Below, one piece after another: positions 56,513 through 64,000 of a stretch of DNA of 64,000 nt. The notes beneath the pieces were generated by a model. The model was not told the origin of the DNA and made no database searches. It saw only the letters and a list, made by a program, of their open reading frames with translations. This DNA comes from a virus. The stretch is from positions 16,698-80,697 of the IMG/VR virus record IMGVR_UViG_3300020439_000005; one strand, 5' to 3'. The translations under genes were made by a program, and so were the position numbers. How positions within the stretch are numbered: the stretch's first letter is position 1; every line of letters starts with the position of its first letter.

Positions 56513-57034
56513 TCAGTCGAAGCGGACGGGCGCGGAGACCGTCCTCTCTGATACTCGGCGCATGTCTGCGAGAACCTGTTGACCGTTGGCTAGTGCCTCG
56601 GGGCTTAGGTTGATTGCGTCCATGATTGCCTGTCCGACTTCGTCGGATGAAGCACCGTCAACGCCGGATTGAATGGCGTCAAGGACTGCGTCTCGTACTG
56701 TGCCTCTGAACATACCTAGAAGGGATGCTGATAGAAGCATGGCGACCGATGTCGGGAACGCCATAGTTTGACTGCGGGTGTAGGATGCTCCAACGATTAG
56801 GTCGCCCTCAAAGGTCGCCGTGTCGCCGGTAGCGTTGTTAGTGACGGTGAAAGAAGTCTCGGTCACAGAGTCCTCCCCGAATGCCTCTCTAGCCTCTGCG
56901 ATTGTGTCGCCTAGGTTAGAGCGGATTACCGCTCCTAGCCCCGCAAAGGGGAACGCGGTCTCAACAGAGCCGGTCGCTCTGTCGATGACTACGTCAGTCG
57001 TCGTTATGCTTTCTGATTCAATGCTTGAAGTCAT
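56513..57034 (-). CDS. Hypothetical protein
   Basis: 173 aa; GGAGG RBS and TTTAAG promoter. Confidence 0.65.
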   Translation of the reverse strand: MTSSIESESITTTDVVIDRATGSVETAFPFAGLGAVIRSNLGDTIAEAREAFGEDSVTETSFTVTNNATGDTATFEGDLIVGASYTRSQTMAFPTSVAMLLSASLLGMFRGTVRDAVLDAIQSGVDGASSDEVGQAIMDAINLSPEALANGQQVLADMRRVSERTVSAPVRFD

Positions 57035-57122
57035 TTCTTACTGCCTCCGAACCTACCGAACAAGACTCCACACTTAAAGGTTTGCTTTCACCAAACTCGC
57101 TAGGCATATATCTAGTAGGGGC

Positions 57123-57314
57123 CTAAGCCCCCACATTTTCGTCCTCAACGAGTACGAAGCCCCCCATGTCGATGACGTTTTGACTAACCATTCGTAGGTC
57201 CGGCGTCAGATGGGACACACTCCAATGGTCGGTGTTCATTCTGTAAAGGAGGCCGTCTATTCTAACATAGATAGCCTCTAGGTTTATGTTTAGGTCATGG
57301 TAGTTTGTGGTCAT
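57123..57314 (-). CDS. 63-aa hypothetical protein
   Basis: GGAGG RBS before MTTNYHD; the longer track ORF runs through promoter DNA. Confidence 0.5.
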   Translation of the reverse strand: MTTNYHDLNINLEAIYVRIDGLLYRMNTDHWSVSHLTPDLRMVSQNVIDMGGFVLVEDENVGA

Positions 57315-57636
57315 TTTTCTATACCCTCCGGTGCAGTCGAACGAAGGCGTACACTTAAACCTTTGCATTCTCAAAGGTTTAGATAGATATAGTGTAAAGA
57401 CTATAAACCCCCATCTCATCGTAGACACGTGCCGCTTACGATGCGAGCCGCCGAGCGGGTCGAGATTTTGACGGCCACCTCCCGCCCCTCCTCCACGGTT
57501 AGCCATTGGATATAAACATTCTGATAGTTTGTGCATCTGATAGTTTACAATCAATATAACCAAAAGACTATAAACCCGCATCTCCTCATAGACACGACTA
57601 CTACTACTGCGGGCGGGGGTGGGTAGGTGCCCGCAA

Positions 57637-57755
57637 AAATGTGGAAAAAATGTGGAAAGTATCGGCTAAGTATCGAGCAAATGTGGAGAAAATGTACAAA
57701 GTATCGGCTAAGTATCGAGCAAATGAGCAGTTTTAATCGGAAGTATCGACTAAAT
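57637..57755 (+). repeat. Tandem 42-bp repeat with AAGTATCGGCTAAGTATCGAGCAAATG core
   Basis: 57637-57678 and 57679-57720 plus a degenerate third copy. Confidence 0.9.
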
Positions 57756-58305
57756 CTTCATCGTCTTCGACTATTGCTTCGATTTCGATTATCTCTTTCT
57801 GCAAGACTTCCCTCATCTGCTCCAACGGGTCGTAGCCTATGTTGACTACTACCTGCGGCTTGGCGTCCTGTGCCCCGCTCATCTTGTCTAGTCCGTCCTG
57901 TTGTTTGATTAGACCACCGACCATGAACGACACTTGACCCAACTTGCTGACTGTGTCTGCCTGTTCCTCTGCTTTGATGATGAGACGCTCCATTCTCTCT
58001 AAACTACGGCGACGCCTAGCATAGGAATCCAACCTAAGCCAATCCGTATCATCGAGTTCTGCTTTCATCACAACCATTTCTCTCATGTTTTCCGCTAAAG
58101 CCGAAGCATCGGACATAAGGGAAGCCCACTCATCGGGGTCGAGTCTCCTCTCCAAACTCGCATCTGAGACTTTTCTTCGTATCTCGGATGGTCGCAAACC
58201 ACGGACTAGCAATTGTGCCGTCCAACGGACTAGCGGGTCATGTTCTCTTTCAGCCGGTAGGGTCTCTCCATCCCACTCGTCCAAATTGTCTTCTTCCATA
58301 CCCAA
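57733..58305 (-). CDS. Putative terminase small subunit
   Basis: N-terminal HTH-like (LLVRGLRPSEIRR), helical core, C-terminal VVVNI strand; adjoins the repeat array. Confidence 0.45.
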   Translation of the reverse strand: MGMEEDNLDEWDGETLPAEREHDPLVRWTAQLLVRGLRPSEIRRKVSDASLERRLDPDEWASLMSDASALAENMREMVVMKAELDDTDWLRLDSYARRRRSLERMERLIIKAEEQADTVSKLGQVSFMVGGLIKQQDGLDKMSGAQDAKPQVVVNIGYDPLEQMREVLQKEIIEIEAIVEDDEDLVDTSD

Positions 58306-58326
58306 AGAATAGTTCGGTGAGATTTT

Positions 58327-58980
58327 TCACGTTTTCGGTCGCACGAACAGGGCATCTCCGAACCAACTATTCACAGGAACCATCTCCTTAACGACGAATC
58401 CATACGGCTCTAGGAAGTCCTTGATGTCGGAGAATAACGGCGTGTCGTGGTACAAACGCTTCGTCTGTACTTCCGAGATGATGTAGTCGATTGAATGAAG
58501 TAAATCCCCCGCTCCTTGGAGTGCTTTGAGTTCAGAACCTTGTAAGTCCATACATAGCAAATCAATGTCGACGGTCTCATTTTCCTTCCACCAATCTTCC
58601 AACCTGACCACTTCTACTTCGACTTCCTCCTGTTTGTACGGAGTCTCGTAGGGATAGTCATGGTTCGCTGTGAATGCTGAAGACGCTCCTGTGTTCCCAT
58701 TGACTACGGGATAGAATGGAATCGTTGTGTTCTCATCCCAAACACCGAGCGGTACGAATCTGATATTCTGTTGAGGCCCGAGTTTACTTTCACATCTCAA
58801 TACTGCTTCGGGGTTGCACTCGAATGATACGACCCGAGCATCGAGCCTATCTCGTAAACGGATTGCATCGTCACCGTCACGACTACCTAACTCAACGATA
58901 GTGCTAATGCTATCGCCATCTAAGTTCTTCTCAAACAACAGATATGCTCCGACCATTATGTTCTCATTATGGCGAGGCAT
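58327..58980 (-). CDS. FkbM-family methyltransferase
   Basis: IVELGSRDG, SFECNP, IDLLCMDLQGSELKALQG, GDALFV. Confidence 0.88.
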   Translation of the reverse strand: MPRHNENIMVGAYLLFEKNLDGDSISTIVELGSRDGDDAIRLRDRLDARVVSFECNPEAVLRCESKLGPQQNIRFVPLGVWDENTTIPFYPVVNGNTGASSAFTANHDYPYETPYKQEEVEVEVVRLEDWWKENETVDIDLLCMDLQGSELKALQGAGDLLHSIDYIISEVQTKRLYHDTPLFSDIKDFLEPYGFVVKEMVPVNSWFGDALFVRPKT

Positions 58981-59126
58981 CGACTACACTTGTAAATTAC
59001 TCTCCCGAAGAATCTTCGTGTTCGAGTTTTGACTAACTCAACTTCTTCTTCGCACCATTCACAATGAGCCATCTTCGGCCAAGGACTTTTCGTGTTGTCT
59101 ACATCGTCCGCTTTGTATCGCTTCAT
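58956..59126 (-). CDS. 56-aa Zn-ribbon microprotein (not in ORF track)
   Basis: CEWC...YKCSRC. Confidence 0.45.
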   Translation of the reverse strand: MKRYKADDVDNTKSPWPKMAHCEWCEEEVELVKTRTRRFFGRVIYKCSRCLAIMRT

Positions 59127-59155
59127 GATAGTCACAACTCATCTCGGTTGGTTAT

Positions 59156-59338
59156 TCAGTTTTGGGACTTGACCCGACTCTGAGTAAATATGGTACCACT
59201 ATTCATGTGTATATCTGAACCACCGTTGTGTACGACAACTGCTGATATATCCGCCGTTCTAATGGTCGCTTGACCACTACGTACTTTGATTGTGATAAAC
59301 TCCTCTGTTGGTATTTGTGTTAGTTGGCGTACAATCAT
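59156..59338 (-). CDS. Small hypothetical protein
   Basis: ATGA-coupled to the upstream ORF. Confidence 0.45.
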   Translation of the reverse strand: MIVRQLTQIPTEEFITIKVRSGQATIRTADISAVVVHNGGSDIHMNSGTIFTQSRVKSQN

Positions 59339-59853
59339 TCTTCTTCGCCTCCTGTTGTGATACCTGCGTCCCAATCCTCGACTGCCTGTTGTGCGGCACG
59401 TGCGTTGCGCTCCGCAAACAACGAACCAAGGAAGACGTCATCGAAGTGGTCAATGCCGTTAATTAATTCTTGAGGACGGTCAGTAGCGATAGTGTTCAAG
59501 CAGTTGTTGATAGTCTCCTCGTCCATTGGACCCATTATTCTCATCAAGCGTTGGAACTGTCGAGTCGTGTTGCCTATGACCTGTATCATGGCTCCGTATG
59601 CGAACGGGTACTCTGCATAGCCACCCATCAAGTGCTTCTCGTATTGGTCGAGCGTACCTAGTAATACGTGCAAGGCGTCAATGTGCGCCTCCATGTACTG
59701 CTTCGCCTTTATCGGGTCGTCTCGCTCCATGGCCTTCAGTCGTGTCTCAAACGAAATCCGAGATGCGAAGTCTTGTTGGGCCTGTTCCCAATTCATCAAT
59801 AGTACCTGTTGGTCTAGCATGGCTTCTTCCATGATACTACCCGATATTCCCAC
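59335..59853 (-). CDS. Helical hypothetical protein
   Basis: 172-aa ORF. Confidence 0.55.
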   Translation of the reverse strand: MGISGSIMEEAMLDQQVLLMNWEQAQQDFASRISFETRLKAMERDDPIKAKQYMEAHIDALHVLLGTLDQYEKHLMGGYAEYPFAYGAMIQVIGNTTRQFQRLMRIMGPMDEETINNCLNTIATDRPQELINGIDHFDDVFLGSLFAERNARAAQQAVEDWDAGITTGGEEE

Positions 59854-59971
59854 CTACATAAGTACGGCTCTCATGGTCTGCGATAAATACCGCTTCTTGC
59901 CCGATACTACTTTTTCTGTCGGGACTTGAAACTATGGAAATGCTTAGTAGCGAGGAAGTATCGAACAAACC

Positions 59972-60196
59972 ATGGCAAAACGCCGAGATGTACTTCGTAG
60001 TCGCATCTTGAAAGCCATGCACATCGGCGTGTGGATGAGTCACCATGAAGTTCAGATGGCTCTAAAACACGGTGGGTACAAACATGTTCCAAGTCCAAAA
60101 GTTATCGCTCAGAATCTAGGTCGTATTGATGATGTGGAAGTAAGGACTGCCTTAGACCAAGGTCGAATTGTAAGATACTACAAACGAAAACGATGA
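59972..60196 (+). CDS. Small winged-helix protein
   Basis: WMSHHEVQMAL...PSPKVIAQNL...YYKR. Confidence 0.55.
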   Translation: MAKRRDVLRSRILKAMHIGVWMSHHEVQMALKHGGYKHVPSPKVIAQNLGRIDDVEVRTALDQGRIVRYYKRKR

Positions 60197-60802
60197 CTAC
60201 CAAAACCAACCATTCATCTTATCAATATACATCGAATACTTGTCTATCATGGATTCCTTGTATTGAGATAACTCTCCATCTCCTATCCATGTGTCGAACC
60301 AACCAACATTCCAATGACTACCGTCGGGAATATCCCATGTGTAAATGTCTGCCTTGACTATTGAAAAACGGTCATCCTTGACGCAGTTATCCCACACTAA
60401 ATCTATCACATCTTGATACTTTTCAATGATAGTGACCGATGTAATCTTTGGGTTGTCTATCAGAACATGATGAGTCATACCGATTCCCAACCCACCAATT
60501 AGAACATCACCTTCGGCATTTTCCCAAAGCCAACTGTGTTCGTTGTATTCTGCTTCTGAGTCTTGCATGATAGGCATACTAAGGCCGTCCTTCAATAGGA
60601 CAGTATGGGTGAGATGTCTTTCCTTTTTGTTGCCGAGATAACTAAGCCAATTGTTATCGGTCGTTTCGTTGGAATAATGGGCTATCTCAAAATCACCCGA
60701 TTTACCAACAGGAATGTTAACATTTATTTTCACATTATCAACCTGTGAAATTGTATTGTATGTATAGGCTGAAAGAAGTAGTGCCGTCGCCGTTAGTTGC
60801 AT
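60197..60802 (-). CDS. Class I SAM-dependent methyltransferase (spermidine-synthase-like fold); start likely ~60735
   Basis: VLIGGLGIG, VTIIEK, ADIY, FDTW. Confidence 0.8.
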   Translation of the reverse strand: MQLTATALLLSAYTYNTISQVDNVKINVNIPVGKSGDFEIAHYSNETTDNNWLSYLGNKKERHLTHTVLLKDGLSMPIMQDSEAEYNEHSWLWENAEGDVLIGGLGIGMTHHVLIDNPKITSVTIIEKYQDVIDLVWDNCVKDDRFSIVKADIYTWDIPDGSHWNVGWFDTWIGDGELSQYKESMIDKYSMYIDKMNGWFW

Positions 60803-61301
60803 TTGCTGTTAATTTGTAAGTCACGGTATCTCCGTTCGCCGCATAAAGAGTGCCGCCCCTGCCCGCCACTCCTTCAAAGACGAACCTTATTCCGCAACCC
60901 CCCGAAGTTGCATCTTGACCGCCGCCACCTGCTCCACTCACAGCCGCATTTGCATAAGTCAAAGATGAAGAATGAACAGAACCGGACCATGAGTAAGAGG
61001 TTGCACCTGTCGCTCTAATGTAGCCGAATGTATTTAACAATGCTGTTCCTTCGTAAGCGTCAAACTCACCCATGTCTCCAATCGAGACAGTTTTACTTAG
61101 CGTGTTAGTGCTTGAATTATAGGAAGACCAATCTGAGTATTCAATATCCATTATATCAATACCATTAGAGTCTGTTGCCTTAAACGCAGGGCTTTGACCT
61201 CCGCTTGTGCCTTCGTCCATAGACACACCCGTTGGTGGACTTCCGGCGTTAGCCGCCTTGAGTTGTTGAGCCGTTCCCGCCGCACCAAAATGAAATACCA
61301 T
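60738..61301 (-). CDS. Beta-rich virion/fibre-associated protein
   Basis: G/S/T-rich; directly after the fibre gene. Confidence 0.5.
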   Translation of the reverse strand: MVFHFGAAGTAQQLKAANAGSPPTGVSMDEGTSGGQSPAFKATDSNGIDIMDIEYSDWSSYNSSTNTLSKTVSIGDMGEFDAYEGTALLNTFGYIRATGATSYSWSGSVHSSSLTYANAAVSGAGGGGQDATSGGCGIRFVFEGVAGRGGTLYAANGDTVTYKLTANATNGDGTTSFSLYIQYNFTG

Positions 61302-61305
61302 TTAA

Positions 61306-64000
<2,695 letters not shown>

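Larger units (their letters stand above)
54461..57634 (+). promoter_or_regulatory. Five dispersed copies of AAAGA(T/C)TATA(T/A)ACC promoter-like element with GC-rich downstream sequence
   Basis: Copies at 54461, 55143, 56331, 57396 and 57563; four carry CACG ~17 nt later and three CACGTG(C/T)CGC. Confidence 0.7.

Noticed and set aside
57637-57755. Possible CRISPR mini-array (also 53281-53342)
   Set aside because: Units are tandem with no unique 30-40-nt spacers, and no cas genes are in the window.
57314-57845. N-terminal extension of the 57123..57581 ORF and the repetitive 57627..57845 ORF
   Set aside because: They run through promoter and DNA repeat elements; better explained as non-coding.

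Overview
The window is a ~64 kb slice of a tailed dsDNA virus (Caudoviricetes, HK97 fold, long non-contractile tail). It almost certainly infects an archaeon: genes are mostly leaderless with TATA-like boxes ~20-25 nt upstream of the ATG, and it encodes PolB, archaeal-type RFC subunits, an Sm-like protein and many Zn-finger microproteins. Gene content (chaperonin, PolB, RFC, acidic structural proteins, collagen fibre) resembles marine Poseidoniales viruses ('magroviruses'); this is inference, not a database result. Nearly all genes are on the minus strand. Layout: tail tip, tape measure and tail tube (0.2-19 kb, interrupted by a plus-strand groES-groEL cassette); glycosyltransferase and accessory genes (19-24 kb); head genes, portal and terminase (24-35 kb); MoxR/vWA, RFC, PolB and a candidate DNA-modification cluster (35-51.5 kb); an AT-rich intergenic region (51.6-52.1 kb); a repeat-bounded, probably pre-early module with ArdC (52-57.7 kb); then a putative small terminase, methyltransferases and a collagen-like fibre running off the right edge. 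The least explained elements are non-coding. One is a ~290-nt highly structured RNA with its own promoter between the portal and terminase regions. Another is a five-copy family of plus-strand TATA promoters with no downstream ORF, inside the repeat-bounded module. Also seen: a -1 frameshift site, a promoter nested in the protease gene, variant PolB catalytic motifs and apparent avoidance of several restriction-type sites. All calls come from reading sequence and motifs by eye.
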